Source: Acidobacteriota bacterium (GTDB lineage: Bacteria > Acidobacteriota > UBA890 > WLXD01). From it: a stretch of DNA of 64,000 bases. The stretch is taken from the NCBI GenBank assembly GCA_965205505.1, contig CBDBHB010000009.1, positions 2,144,001-2,208,000 on the forward strand, written 5' to 3'. The notes under the pieces are model-generated. The model saw nothing but the letters and a program-made list of their open reading frames with translations. It searched no databases and was not told where the DNA came from. Positions 8,675-19,384 of the stretch are shown piece after piece. A program made the translations under genes and the position numbers. Every line of letters begins with the position of its first letter. Position 1 is the stretch's first letter.

Positions 8675-11518
8675 TTACGGAACCGAGCCGCGATCCCAGG
8701 CGCCGTACTGCTTCTCCAGGAAAGGCACTCCCTTGATTACCCAGTCCGGCGGCGGGGAATCCATCAGGTGGTGATCGAAGAACTCCTGCATTCGGATCGT
8801 CAGGTCGCGGCGGTTTGCGAGGTTGCTGAGGCCGTGTCCCTCGCCGGGATACGCGAGAAGGATGATGTTCTTGTCGTTGAACCGCAGACCGTTGTACAGC
8901 TGCACCGCCTCCATCACCGCGACGACGCCGTCGGCGGTGCCGTGCATGAGTAACAGCGGCGTGTCCATCGTGCGCACGTGGTTGGTCGCGGATTCTCGCC
9001 AGTACAGCTCTCTGTCGTCGTAGGGGTTGGTACCCAGCCGGCCTTGTCCGTAGTAGTCGTAGCGATGAGCGTTCGCGCCGGTGCCGATCATGTTCGTCGG
9101 GGTCCATCCCCACATATGGTTGAAATCGGCCAGCAAGTTGGTTGCTGCCGCGCCTGCCGCCACGGCGGCGAACATCGTCGAGTTCCCGGCAATGTAGGCG
9201 GAGCCTTGGCCGCTGAAACTGTGACCATGCAAGCCAATGCTCCGGGGATCGGCGTATCCCATCTCGATTACCTTGCGGGTGGCGGCTTCGACGCACTCCA
9301 GCATGTCGGCGTGGGTGTTGCCGGTACGGAAGTGGATGTCGGCCTGCATTACCAAGTAGCCTTTGCTCACGGCTTCGATCAGGGGTGAGCCGAATCCCGT
9401 GACATATCTTGGGGCGATATGCCGGTGGAGGTTCTGCGAGTTCTTCTCGTAGAAGTTCACCAGCATCGGGCGGCGCTCGCCCGCAGCGTAGTCGTCGGGA
9501 ATGGCCAGCGTCCCCTGAAGACGCACGCCGTCGTCGTTGGTGTAGTCGAAGAGGATGCGCCGCCCCCAGCGGTATTCCGCCTGCCATGGGTTGGCATCGG
9601 TGATGCGCCGCAGGCTGGCGAAGCCGTCATCGCTGGCGTAGATGTCGGGGAATTCCTCGAAGGTCTCGCGGGTTGTCAGGTACATCTCGGCGCCGCGCGC
9701 CTTGAGCGGTCGGCCGAAGCGTCGGTCGTCCAATACAAGCTCTTCCAGCTCGCCGTCGGTGAGCCGGTAGAAGCCGGCTTGCTTGGTCCATTGGCCATAG
9801 GCCGACAACAGGATCGGCTTGCTGAGGTCGATGGTGGGTTCTCCGGCGGCGGTTTGGATATAACGAAAACGGAGTTCCCGAGAGTCGCCCCGACCACCGG
9901 TGAGGCTTGTCGCCGGGCTGCCGTCGAGCGGTTGTAACCAGAGGTCGTAGCGGTGGTTGAGGACCAACGCTAGCCCGTCCTTCGTCCAGCCGGCGACGCC
10001 GTAGGGCGGGGTAGTGCCCGGGTAGTCGTACTCGCGGTTGACGAAGCTCACCGGAGCGTCTGCAGTGAGGCTCCGGGTATCGCCGGATTCAAGCTCGTAC
10101 AGCCACAGCTGCGCGTCTCGCCAGTACAAGAAGTGTCGCCCGTCGGGCGAGAGCCCGAGCGTCAGCTTCTGTCCCTGTAACATCGGCGTGCGCTCGCCGG
10201 TTCTGGTGTCGACGCGATAGTAGTCGGCTTGCGGCTCCTGCCAATCCGAGATGTAAGGCTTGTCGTCGACACCCACGCCCCACCTCCCATCACGGCTGAG
10301 CGTGATACTGCGCATCGCCTCGTCGGTGAGGCGCACGAAGCGCTCGCCATCGAGCACAAGGGCGGCGCGGTATGTGAAGTTGCGATCGCGGTCCGCCTGC
10401 ATCATCTGTACCGACTGGATGCGCTCGTCCTGCACATGCCAAACGTCGACGTTGGCCACTCGATCCGGGTCCTCTGGCTTCTCCACTACAGCCTGCTGCT
10501 CGTCGAGCCCGAAGAAGACGCGGCTGAGGTCTTCGCTCCAGGCGATCGGCGACCGTTCGCTGATGACGATTCCATCGGGGAACGTATCGTCGAACCTGGG
10601 GTCCAGCTCGGTAGTGATCGGTGTGTCGGTGTCGCCCGTTGACGCGCCCAGGCGGCGGACAGTTACGAGAATGTTCAGGCGCTCGGCCTGGCCATCGGGC
10701 TTACTGCCCTTGAGAAGGGCGAGCGCACTCCCGTCCGTACTCCAGGCGAGTCTCGAATATGTACGGGCGTCGTTGTCGAGTGACCGTAGCGCCCGACTGT
10801 CGAGATCGATCAGATAGGCTCCGTTGCCGGTCTGATCTGCCGCATCGACGGTGTACGCGAGCCAACGGGCGTCGCGATCGGGCGGCAGGTGCTCAGCGTC
10901 GCCGGTGAGTTGCTGGTCGAAGGCGAACTCATTGACGCTGCCGATGAGCTGTTCGGTTCCCCTATCCAGGTCTCGGAGAACGAGGTCGGAGCCCTCATGA
11001 TCCGCGTCACGGTCGGCTCGTGCCTTCTTGACGGCGAGAAAGTCGGCGCCGGCGGCGAACTGGAACGCCGCCGCGTTGGCCCAGGTAAAACGCTCGCCGG
11101 ACACGAGGTTGAGCAGCTGCACCGTGCGCGGCCGCGGAGCCTCCTCACGGCGGAGCTTCTGCGCCTCGTCGAAGGTCAGGTCGACGAAGTAGGCGACCCA
11201 CCGAGAGTCATCGGAGAATCGCGCCCCCGAGGCGTCGAGCAACTCGAACTCGGTGTCGTCGAGCAGCGACTCTATGTGGAGCACCACCTCGGGGTTGAAG
11301 GCGTTCGGCTTGCTATACCCATACGTTACCCAGGCGCCATCATCCGAGATTGCCGGCTCTGTAATACGTCGCCAACGCTGATAGTCGTCGGTGTGCAGGA
11401 TCTTCTTGACGGCCGCCGGCTGCGTGTCTTGCGGGGCAGCGATGGCTGAAGAGCCAGCGCCCAGCAGCAACGTTGATGAAGCGAGAACGGCGACGACGGC
11501 CACGACCTCAGAGCGCAT
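8675..11518 (-). CDS. Secreted S9 (prolyl oligopeptidase-family) peptidase
   Basis: Signal peptide from ATG 11518; propeller repeats; GHSFSG nucleophile, HGTADG and GEGHGL catalytic motifs. Confidence 0.92.
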   Translation of the reverse strand: MRSEVVAVVAVLASSTLLLGAGSSAIAAPQDTQPAAVKKILHTDDYQRWRRITEPAISDDGAWVTYGYSKPNAFNPEVVLHIESLLDDTEFELLDASGARFSDDSRWVAYFVDLTFDEAQKLRREEAPRPRTVQLLNLVSGERFTWANAAAFQFAAGADFLAVKKARADRDADHEGSDLVLRDLDRGTEQLIGSVNEFAFDQQLTGDAEHLPPDRDARWLAYTVDAADQTGNGAYLIDLDSRALRSLDNDARTYSRLAWSTDGSALALLKGSKPDGQAERLNILVTVRRLGASTGDTDTPITTELDPRFDDTFPDGIVISERSPIAWSEDLSRVFFGLDEQQAVVEKPEDPDRVANVDVWHVQDERIQSVQMMQADRDRNFTYRAALVLDGERFVRLTDEAMRSITLSRDGRWGVGVDDKPYISDWQEPQADYYRVDTRTGERTPMLQGQKLTLGLSPDGRHFLYWRDAQLWLYELESGDTRSLTADAPVSFVNREYDYPGTTPPYGVAGWTKDGLALVLNHRYDLWLQPLDGSPATSLTGGRGDSRELRFRYIQTAAGEPTIDLSKPILLSAYGQWTKQAGFYRLTDGELEELVLDDRRFGRPLKARGAEMYLTTRETFEEFPDIYASDDGFASLRRITDANPWQAEYRWGRRILFDYTNDDGVRLQGTLAIPDDYAAGERRPMLVNFYEKNSQNLHRHIAPRYVTGFGSPLIEAVSKGYLVMQADIHFRTGNTHADMLECVEAATRKVIEMGYADPRSIGLHGHSFSGQGSAYIAGNSTMFAAVAAGAAATNLLADFNHMWGWTPTNMIGTGANAHRYDYYGQGRLGTNPYDDRELYWRESATNHVRTMDTPLLLMHGTADGVVAVMEAVQLYNGLRFNDKNIILLAYPGEGHGLSNLANRRDLTIRMQEFFDHHLMDSPPPDWVIKGVPFLEKQYGAWDRGSVP

Positions 11519-11757
11519 CTGACTGGCATCCTTTGGAGATGGAGACCTCGAGGGACATCTGCGCAGGTTCAGTTGGCTCGGTCGGCCTGTCAAGGACCCT
11601 GCAACAGCCTCACGAGATTTGGTCGAGAGGTCCGGAAGACCCCGAGTCGCCCGCTTGCCGGTCAAAAGTGCAGCGGGTATTCTCTGCGATACGAAGCGCT
11701 CGGGGTTCTCCCGAGAGTCGCCTCCCCGAGCCCGCTACCCCCCCCCCGCTCTCTAGC

Positions 11758-12996
11758 ATGTCACTAAAGCTGTTCCGCGAAGTCCTGGCCGGTCGCCAGC
11801 GACTACCACGTATGTGGCGCCAGCACTCGCTGCGGGACAGCTATGCGGCGGTCATCATCGGGGGTGGTGCGCATGGGCTTGCGTGCGCCTACCACCTCGC
11901 CAAAGACCACGGCATCACTGATGTTGCGGTCGTCGAAAAGACCTACATCGGTTCGGGTGGGAGCGGGCGCAATACCGCCATCGTACGTAGCAACTACCTG
12001 ACGCCGGACGGGGTGCGTTTCTACGACGCCAGCCTGAAGCTCTACGAAGACCTGGCCCGTGACCTCGACTTCAACGTCATGCTGGGGCAGCGAGGACACT
12101 TGACGCTGGCACACAGCGACTCCTCGGTGATCACGATGCGGCGACGCGCCGAGACCAACCGGCTGGTCGGCGTCGATTCGAGGCTGATCTTCCCCGAGGA
12201 GATCGCCAAGCTGTGCCCGGATTTGGACCTCAGCGATCGGCCGCGATATCCGATTCTGGCGGCCCTCTACCACCCTCCCGGCGGGATCATTCGCCATGAC
12301 GCGGTGGTGTGGGGCTACGCCCATCAGGCCGACGCGCGTGGCGTGCATATCCACCAGAACACCGCCGCCACCGGAATAGACATCGAGAACGGCAAGGTCA
12401 CCGGCGTCCAGACCACACGGGGACGGATCAAGACCGACACCGTGCTCAACGCTACCGCCGGTTGGGGGGCGATCATCTCCGACATGGCAGGCGTGAAGCT
12501 CCCCATGTCGACGCGCCCGCTGCAGGCATTCGTCACCGAGCCACTGAAGCCGTTCCTCAACGTGGTGATCGTCTCCGGCAGCCTGCACGCCTACGTCAGC
12601 CAGTCGGATCGCGGTGAGCTCGTCTGCGGCGGCAGCGTCGACCCGTACGCCTCGTATTCGATGAACTCGTCGCTCGACTTCCTCGAGACGCTGGCAGGGC
12701 ACCTGCTGGCGCTGTTCCCGTGCCTACCGAAGGTGCGTGTCCTTCGACAGTGGGCCGGGCTCTGTGACATGACGCCCGACTACAGCCCGATTATGGGCAC
12801 GACCCCGGTGGAGGGGTTCCACATCGATCTGGGTTGGGGCACCTATGGCTTCAAGGCGTCGCCGATTTGCGGCAAGACCTTGGCCGAGTTGCTTGCTACC
12901 GGGCGTACACCCGATCTGATCCGCCCATTCCGGCTGTCTCGATTCTCCGAGCACGATCTCGTCGGAGAGGGCGGTGCCGCCTCGGTTGGACATTGA
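11758..12996 (+). CDS. soxB: Sarcosine oxidase beta-like FAD subunit; by context N-methylglutamate dehydrogenase (MgdA)
   Basis: IIGGGAHGLA, GSGRNTAIVRSNY, WAGLCDMTPDYSPI, GWGTYGFKA; first gene of the cluster. Confidence 0.9.
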   Translation: MSLKLFREVLAGRQRLPRMWRQHSLRDSYAAVIIGGGAHGLACAYHLAKDHGITDVAVVEKTYIGSGGSGRNTAIVRSNYLTPDGVRFYDASLKLYEDLARDLDFNVMLGQRGHLTLAHSDSSVITMRRRAETNRLVGVDSRLIFPEEIAKLCPDLDLSDRPRYPILAALYHPPGGIIRHDAVVWGYAHQADARGVHIHQNTAATGIDIENGKVTGVQTTRGRIKTDTVLNATAGWGAIISDMAGVKLPMSTRPLQAFVTEPLKPFLNVVIVSGSLHAYVSQSDRGELVCGGSVDPYASYSMNSSLDFLETLAGHLLALFPCLPKVRVLRQWAGLCDMTPDYSPIMGTTPVEGFHIDLGWGTYGFKASPICGKTLAELLATGRTPDLIRPFRLSRFSEHDLVGEGGAASVGH

Positions 12997-13042
12997 TGCG
13001 AGCAGTGAGGCGAGCGCTGATGCACAGGAGCAGGAGGGCGCC

Positions 13043-13342
13043 GTGCTGCTGCTGACCTGTCCCAATTGCGGCCCGAGGAACGTGAGCGAGTTCCACTTCG
13101 GCAACGAGTACAATCCCCGGCCGGCGGATCCGGCCGCCGCCAGCGAAGCCGAGTGGGTCGACTACCTGCATCTGCGCAACAACAAGGTGGGGGTACAGAA
13201 GGAGTGGTGGCACCACGGCACCGGCTGCGGCCTGTGGTTCCTTGCCGAGCGACACACCAAGACGGGCGAGGTATTGCGCACCTACCTGTGGCGTCCAGAT
13301 GGCGACGCGGGTCCGGATTCTGAAACAGGGGCGAAGCCGTGA
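13043..13342 (+). CDS. soxD: Sarcosine oxidase delta-like subunit (MgdB by context)
   Basis: GTG after AGGAGG; CPNCGPR..EF and WWHHGTGC Zn motifs. Confidence 0.9.
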   Translation: MLLLTCPNCGPRNVSEFHFGNEYNPRPADPAAASEAEWVDYLHLRNNKVGVQKEWWHHGTGCGLWFLAERHTKTGEVLRTYLWRPDGDAGPDSETGAKP

Positions 13343-16239
13343 AGCGTCTGCCTGCCGGTGGCACTTCGATCGACCGATCGTCGAGCCTGGAGTTCACCTT
13401 CGACGGCAGGAAGGTGATGGCGCACCATGGCGACACGATCGGCTCGGCGCTGGCGGCGTCGGGCGTGCGGGTGATCAGCCGGTCGTTCAAGTACCACCGG
13501 CCTCGGGGTCTGCTTTGTTGCTCGGGCCACTGTCCTAACTGCCTGGTTCAGATAGGCGACGAGCCCAACGCCCGCGCCTGCATGCGGGCGGTGGAAGAGG
13601 GCATGCAGGTGCGTTCGCAGAACGCCTGGCCTTCGCTGCGGTTCGACCTCCTGTCGTTGTCGCGGTTCGCGTCGCGCTTCATGACCGCCGGTTTCTACTA
13701 CAAGACGTTCATCCGGCCGAAGTGGCTGTGGCCCTTCTACGAGCATGTGTTGCGCAACGCTGCCGGCCTCGGCGTGGTCGACCCGAAAACCCCGCGCGGC
13801 AGGTACGACAAGCGCTACCTGCACGCCGACATCGTGGTTGCCGGCGGCGGCCCGGCGGGGATCAGCGCGGCGCATGCGGCCGGTAAGAGCGGCGCGCGCG
13901 TGCTGCTGATCGACGAGAACGCTGAGCTCGGCGGCCATCTCAGGTTTGCCGGCGCGCGACCGGACTCCGAGACGGCCGCGGTCGATCGACTGCGAAGCGG
14001 GCTCGAGGGCATGGACAATGTCGAGGTGCTGACCAATACCTCGGTGCTGGGCTGGTATCGGAACGATTGGCTAGCAGCGAAATCAAGTAACCGCCTCTTC
14101 AAGATTCGCCTGGGTTCGCTGGTGGCGGCAACCGGGGCTTTCGAGCGGCCGCTGCAGTTCGAAAACAACGATTTGCCCGGGGTGATGCTGGGCGGCGCCG
14201 TTCGACGACTGCTGCACCAGTTCGGTGTGGTCGCCGGCCAGCGGGCGTTGGTCGCCACTGCCAACGACGACGGCTGGCACATCGCCGCCGATCTGCGTGC
14301 CGCGGGGGTGGAGGTGGCTGCGATCGTCGACGAGCGCCCTGCCGAGGCGTGCACGAGCCCGCACGGCGAGGCGCTGGCGGCACAAGGAGTGCCGGTCCAC
14401 TACCAGCACACGGTGGTCAAGGCGGTCGGGGGCAAGGGTGTTACTGCGGCCATCATCGCTCAGACCGCCGGCGGCGATGGCGTGGACAAGGGAACTTACA
14501 AGACGGTCGCCTGCGACCTGCTGGTGGTCAGCGTCGGCTGGACGCCGGACACTGACCTCACACATCTTGCCGGCGGCAAGACTCGCTATGACGCCGATCG
14601 CGCCGAGATGCTTCCGACCGAGCTGCCGTCTCATATTCACGTCGTCGGCCGCGCTGCCGGGACGCACGAGCTGGCGGCGGAGCTCCTGGAGGGGGCGATT
14701 GCGGGCCGGGGGGCGGCTCACCGGCTGGGAATCGGGCTGCAGCCGGACGCCGCGCAGGCGGTTGAGCTGCAGCGGCTCAAGAGCTCCGAGCCGCGGCGCA
14801 GCTCGCTGCGCGTGAGCATCCCCGGCGGTAAGCCGAAGAAGCGCTTCGTGTGCCTGTGCGAAGACGTCACGGAGGAGGACATCCTCGCGACCATCGCCGA
14901 AGGGTTCGACAGCATGCAACTGCTCAAGCGCTACAGCACCGTGTCGATGGGGCCCTGCCAGGGCAAGATGTGCTCGATGGCCGCCATCCAGATCTGCGCC
15001 CGGGCGACGGAGCGTTCGATCCCGGACACCGGCACAACGACTTCGCGACCGCCGGCGACGCCGGTTTCACTCGGCACGCTGGCCGGCCAGGAGATGGAGC
15101 CGGTTCAGCTTGGCGCGCTGCACGACTGGCATCTGGCAAACGGCGGCAAGCCGATGGTTGCGGGGGGTTGGATTCGCGCCGAGCACTATGGCGATGCCAT
15201 CGCCGAGGTCAAAGCGGTGCGGGACGCGGCGGGCCTGATCGACGTCAGCTCGCTCGGGAAGCTTCGCCTGACCGGCCCCGGCGTGCCGGACTTGCTGCAA
15301 CGCGTCTACATCAACAAGTGGAGAAAGCTGGGTGTCGGCCAAGCGCGCTACGGTGTGATGTGCAACGACGAAGGCATCGTGCTCGACGATGGTGTCTGCG
15401 CCCGCGTCGGCGAGCAGGAGTGGTACATGAGCACCACTTCCTCCGGTGCGACCGGTATGTACGACTGGATGCAGTGGTGGATCCAATCGGGCTGGGGGGA
15501 AGGTATCCACCTGACCAACGTGACCGAGGCGTTCGCGGCAATGAACCTCGCTGGTCCGCGTACGCGCGAGGTTCTTGCCGACCTTACCGATGTCGACCTG
15601 TCCAACGAGGCGTTCCCCTACATGGGGGTTCGCAGCGGCGCGGTGGCAGGAGTGCCGTGCCGGCTGCTGCGCATCGGTTTTACCGGCGAGCTGTCCTACG
15701 AGATCCACTGCCTGTCGGGCTACGCCGTACACCTTTGGGAGGCGCTGATCGCCGCAGGTCAACCACACGGCATCAAGCCGTTCGGTGTCGAGGCGCAGCG
15801 TGTATTGCGGCTCGAGAAGGGCCATATCATCGTTGGCCACGACACCGACGGGCTCACCGATCCGATCATGGCGAACATGGAATGGGCGGTGAAGCTGGAC
15901 AAGTCCGATTTCCTCGGGATGCGACACCTGAGTCGGGTCGCAGAGCATGGGCCGCATCAGCGCCTGGTCGGCTTCAAGGTCCCCGCCGGCGGCGCCAAGC
16001 CCGAGGAAGGGATGCAAATCGTGGCTGGATCCAACGGCAAGCGGGAGGTAATCGGCTGGGTCACCTCCTGCCGCTTGAGCCCGACCCTCGGAGAGATCAT
16101 CGGGTTGTGCTGGCTGCCGGCGGAGCTGGGTGATCGCGAAGCTGCCGAGTTCACCATCCACGTCGACGGCCGATCGCAGCCGGCGCGCGTTTGGCACGGC
16201 GCTTTCTACGACCCCGAGGGCAAGAGGTTGCGCAGGTGA
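13339..16239 (+). CDS. soxA: Sarcosine oxidase alpha-like subunit (MgdC by context)
   Basis: SRSFKYHRPRG, GGGPAG, CLCEDV/MGPCQG, C-terminal GcvT-like folate domain (GFTGELSYEI). Confidence 0.93.
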   Translation: MKRLPAGGTSIDRSSSLEFTFDGRKVMAHHGDTIGSALAASGVRVISRSFKYHRPRGLLCCSGHCPNCLVQIGDEPNARACMRAVEEGMQVRSQNAWPSLRFDLLSLSRFASRFMTAGFYYKTFIRPKWLWPFYEHVLRNAAGLGVVDPKTPRGRYDKRYLHADIVVAGGGPAGISAAHAAGKSGARVLLIDENAELGGHLRFAGARPDSETAAVDRLRSGLEGMDNVEVLTNTSVLGWYRNDWLAAKSSNRLFKIRLGSLVAATGAFERPLQFENNDLPGVMLGGAVRRLLHQFGVVAGQRALVATANDDGWHIAADLRAAGVEVAAIVDERPAEACTSPHGEALAAQGVPVHYQHTVVKAVGGKGVTAAIIAQTAGGDGVDKGTYKTVACDLLVVSVGWTPDTDLTHLAGGKTRYDADRAEMLPTELPSHIHVVGRAAGTHELAAELLEGAIAGRGAAHRLGIGLQPDAAQAVELQRLKSSEPRRSSLRVSIPGGKPKKRFVCLCEDVTEEDILATIAEGFDSMQLLKRYSTVSMGPCQGKMCSMAAIQICARATERSIPDTGTTTSRPPATPVSLGTLAGQEMEPVQLGALHDWHLANGGKPMVAGGWIRAEHYGDAIAEVKAVRDAAGLIDVSSLGKLRLTGPGVPDLLQRVYINKWRKLGVGQARYGVMCNDEGIVLDDGVCARVGEQEWYMSTTSSGATGMYDWMQWWIQSGWGEGIHLTNVTEAFAAMNLAGPRTREVLADLTDVDLSNEAFPYMGVRSGAVAGVPCRLLRIGFTGELSYEIHCLSGYAVHLWEALIAAGQPHGIKPFGVEAQRVLRLEKGHIIVGHDTDGLTDPIMANMEWAVKLDKSDFLGMRHLSRVAEHGPHQRLVGFKVPAGGAKPEEGMQIVAGSNGKREVIGWVTSCRLSPTLGEIIGLCWLPAELGDREAAEFTIHVDGRSQPARVWHGAFYDPEGKRLRR

Positions 16240-16952
16240 GCGCCGCGAAGCCGGCTTTACTGACGCCCTTGTACGGAGTGACCAAGGGTCTCGGGGCGCG
16301 ATTCGTGGAAACCGGCAACGGCTGGCTCATCGCAGATGCCTATGCCGAGCCGGAGTCGGAGCAGGCCGCGGCGCGCGACCGGCTGGCGATCGCGGACATC
16401 TCGGCGGATGGCAACTTGAGGATCGAGGGCGCCGATGCGGAAACCACACTGCGCGATGCCTACGGGCTGCCGGCACTCGCGATCGGCGAAAGCGCGCCCG
16501 TCGGGAACGGACGCTGTTATCGTTTGCGTGCCGACTTGTTCTCGGTCATCACCGCCCCCGGGGTTGAGGAAACGACCTTCGGCGCGATCGAGTCTGCTGC
16601 GCAATCGGCGGGTCATCGGATCACCGTGACGGTGATGACGCACGGGCAGGCCAGTGTCCGTATAATCGGCCCGCGCGTAGCGGAACTCATGAGCAAACTG
16701 TGCGGCCTGGACTTCAGCCCCGCGGCGTTTCCTGACGGGGTAGCCAAGCGCACGAGCTTCGCGAAGACGGCACAGCTTGTCGTTCGCCGTGACATTGGTC
16801 AGCTTCCCGCCTTCATGGTGGTCGGAGCGCGGTCGGTCGCGGCCTACGTTTGGGAGACGATTCTGGAGGCCGGCGAGGAGTACGGCATCACGCCGATCGG
16901 GCAAGATGCGCTGTCAAAGATCATTGCGGACAGTACTGAGAGGGGAACATGA
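16236..16952 (+). CDS. soxG: Sarcosine oxidase gamma-like subunit (MgdD by context)
   Basis: GTGA overlap with the alpha subunit; KLCGLDF and RSVAAYVWE motifs. Confidence 0.85.
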   Translation: MSAAKPALLTPLYGVTKGLGARFVETGNGWLIADAYAEPESEQAAARDRLAIADISADGNLRIEGADAETTLRDAYGLPALAIGESAPVGNGRCYRLRADLFSVITAPGVEETTFGAIESAAQSAGHRITVTVMTHGQASVRIIGPRVAELMSKLCGLDFSPAAFPDGVAKRTSFAKTAQLVVRRDIGQLPAFMVVGARSVAAYVWETILEAGEEYGITPIGQDALSKIIADSTERGT

Positions 16953-18412
16953 CCGATCTAGAAGCCTATGTTCGTGCCGACGGCCGTGACGAACTGGTCA
17001 AGGAAGTTCGTAAGCAGATCGAAGCACTCGGGATCGAGTACATCTACTACCAGTTTGTTTCGGTAACTGGCCGCATCGTTGGCAAGGGCGCTCCGGCAGA
17101 CCACTGGGAAAAGTTTGCGGAAAACGGCTTTCAGCTCGTCTACGGCTCCACCGCCAACCTGTTCACCGATCGGCACGGCAACTACATCGGCTACGGACCG
17201 GAATCATCCGAGCTCGTCGGCATCCCCGATGCGGAGACGTTCGTCCAATTGCCCTGGGAAAAGCGTATCGGGCGCGTCTTCTGCACCTGCTTCCGCAACC
17301 GCGAAGAGCCGGAGAACCCGGGGGCCTTTCTGACGTCGGACTGTCGCGGCAACCTGCGCCGCACGCAGGAGCAATTCACCGCCGATCATGGACTCGAGAT
17401 GCGCGCGGGTACCGAGCCGGAGATGATGTGGTTGAAGAAGGGTGCCGACGGTCGGCCGGACGGCGGCGTTACGCGGCCCTTCTGCTACCACATCGATCAG
17501 TTCGAAACGCTGCGTCCGGTGGTGCTGCAGGTGGTCGAGTACAGCCGTGCCATGGGTCTCGACATCATCCAGGGCGATCACGAGGACGCTCCCGGACAGC
17601 TCGAGCTCAACTTCACCTACGACGACGCGCTCCGAAATTGTGACCGGCTGACCACGTATCGACAGATCTGCGCCGAGGTCGCCAAGCAGCACAACATGAT
17701 CGCCTGCTTCATGTCGAAGCCGTTCATGGGGGTGTCGGCATCGGGGTGCCACCACAACGTCTCGTTGTGGCGCGGCGGCGAGAACGCCGTCAACAGGCTC
17801 GGCCAGGACCCGGTGCCCGGTATCGAGGAGAACTTCACGTACCGGCGGGGCGGTGAGAACGTCTTCCTCCCGGAGGCCGGGCAGCGCATCCCGTCGGAGC
17901 TCGGACTTCAATGCCTGGGCGGATTGAAAGAGCATCTGCCGGCGCTAACGGCGATCGGCTGCTCGACGGTGAACTCTTACCGTCGCCTGTGTGAGACCGG
18001 GTTCTGGGCACCGATCTTCGCCGACTGGGGCTTCCAGAACCGCACCTGCGGGCTGCGCGTTTCTTCGCCCGACCGCTTCGAGTACCGCGCCGTCGACTCG
18101 ATGGTGAACCCGTACCTCATGGCGTCGGGGATTCTGGCGGCGTTTGACGACGGCATCCGCACCAAGGCCGACCCTGGCCCGCCCGAGGAACGCAACATCT
18201 ACGATGCCATCCAGGAGGGCAAGGAGGTGGTCAAGCTGCCCTTGTCGCTCGGTGCTGCCCTGGATACGCTTGCCGCTGACGAGGTCGTGAAGTCAGCGTT
18301 GCCCGGCGATATGTACCGGGTCTTCATGCACTACAAGACCGATGAGTGGGAGCGGTTCCTCGCTCAGACCACCGAATGGGACCTCGAAAACTACCTGGAC
18401 TGCTTGCCGTAG
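16949..18412 (+). CDS. gmaS: Glutamine synthetase-like gamma-glutamylmethylamide synthetase
   Basis: GTEPE, DHEDAPGQLE, SGCHHN, QNRT, EYR glutamine-synthetase motifs; lies next to mgsABC. Confidence 0.82.
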   Translation: MTDLEAYVRADGRDELVKEVRKQIEALGIEYIYYQFVSVTGRIVGKGAPADHWEKFAENGFQLVYGSTANLFTDRHGNYIGYGPESSELVGIPDAETFVQLPWEKRIGRVFCTCFRNREEPENPGAFLTSDCRGNLRRTQEQFTADHGLEMRAGTEPEMMWLKKGADGRPDGGVTRPFCYHIDQFETLRPVVLQVVEYSRAMGLDIIQGDHEDAPGQLELNFTYDDALRNCDRLTTYRQICAEVAKQHNMIACFMSKPFMGVSASGCHHNVSLWRGGENAVNRLGQDPVPGIEENFTYRRGGENVFLPEAGQRIPSELGLQCLGGLKEHLPALTAIGCSTVNSYRRLCETGFWAPIFADWGFQNRTCGLRVSSPDRFEYRAVDSMVNPYLMASGILAAFDDGIRTKADPGPPEERNIYDAIQEGKEVVKLPLSLGAALDTLAADEVVKSALPGDMYRVFMHYKTDEWERFLAQTTEWDLENYLDCLP

Positions 18413-18436
18413 CGTATCGGCGGAGATAGCGAAACG

Positions 18437-19384
18437 ATGTGTGGAATCGCAGGAATCATTCACCGTAACAAGACCGGCAACGTGGGCGCCGAAATGACCG
18501 GCATGCTTCAGGCCATGAAGCACCGCGGCCCGGATTCGACCGGCTTCGCCTTTTACGGAGTGCCGACTGAAGGCGAACTGCTGTTGCGTTTCAAGGTGGC
18601 CGAGAGCGACGATCTCGCCTCCGGGTTCGAGATTCACGAGGCGATCAAGGAGCGTCGGGCGCAGGTGGACGAGCGCATCGAGTCGATGGGCGGCGAGATC
18701 CAGGTGGCCGAGGCATCGACTGAGTACGCCTTCCTCTATCGCCTTCGATTCGATCCCAAGCTCGATAGTCTGGTACGTCTGGCCGACTACATCGAGGACG
18801 TCGAGGGTGCCGAGGTTCTCTCGATCGGCAATGCGCTCGAGCTCGTCAAGGACCTGGGCGACGCCACCGAGGTCAGCGATCAATACGAGATGGGCAACTT
18901 CGTCGGCACTCACGCCATCGGTCACACACGAATGGCGACGGAATCGGACGTCGACATCCGCTCGGCACATCCCTACTGGGCCTATCCGGTGAGCGACGTC
19001 TGCGTGGTGCACAACGGTCAGCTCACCAACTACTGGAGCAAGCGGCGTGAGCTGGAGCGAACCGGCCACCGCTTTCTCTCCGATTGCGACTCGGAGCTGA
19101 TCGCCGTCTACGTCGCCGAGCTGACCGAACGCGGCAGGTCACTCGAAGAGGCGATGCACCAGTCGGTCGACGAGCTCGACGGGGTGTTCAGCTACCTGGT
19201 TGCTACCAGCGACGCGCTGGGGCTGGCCAAGGACACGATGGCCGCCAAGCCCATGGTCTTGTACGAAGGCGACGACTGCATCGTAATGGCATCCGAGGAG
19301 GTCGCGATCCGCACCGTTTTTCATGAGGAAATTGATACCTTCGATCCGTACGCTGGTGAGGTACTGGTGTGGAGCACCAACTAG
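18437..19384 (+). CDS. Class II glutamine amidotransferase, N-methylglutamate synthase subunit A
   Basis: MCGIAG N-terminal Cys, HTRMATES, AHP, HNGQL. Confidence 0.85.
   Translation: MCGIAGIIHRNKTGNVGAEMTGMLQAMKHRGPDSTGFAFYGVPTEGELLLRFKVAESDDLASGFEIHEAIKERRAQVDERIESMGGEIQVAEASTEYAFLYRLRFDPKLDSLVRLADYIEDVEGAEVLSIGNALELVKDLGDATEVSDQYEMGNFVGTHAIGHTRMATESDVDIRSAHPYWAYPVSDVCVVHNGQLTNYWSKRRELERTGHRFLSDCDSELIAVYVAELTERGRSLEEAMHQSVDELDGVFSYLVATSDALGLAKDTMAAKPMVLYEGDDCIVMASEEVAIRTVFHEEIDTFDPYAGEVLVWSTN

Noticed and set aside
11520-11757. Glycine or THF riboswitch upstream of the sox/mgd genes
   Set aside because: No recognisable consensus aptamer by eye; a covariance-model search would be needed.
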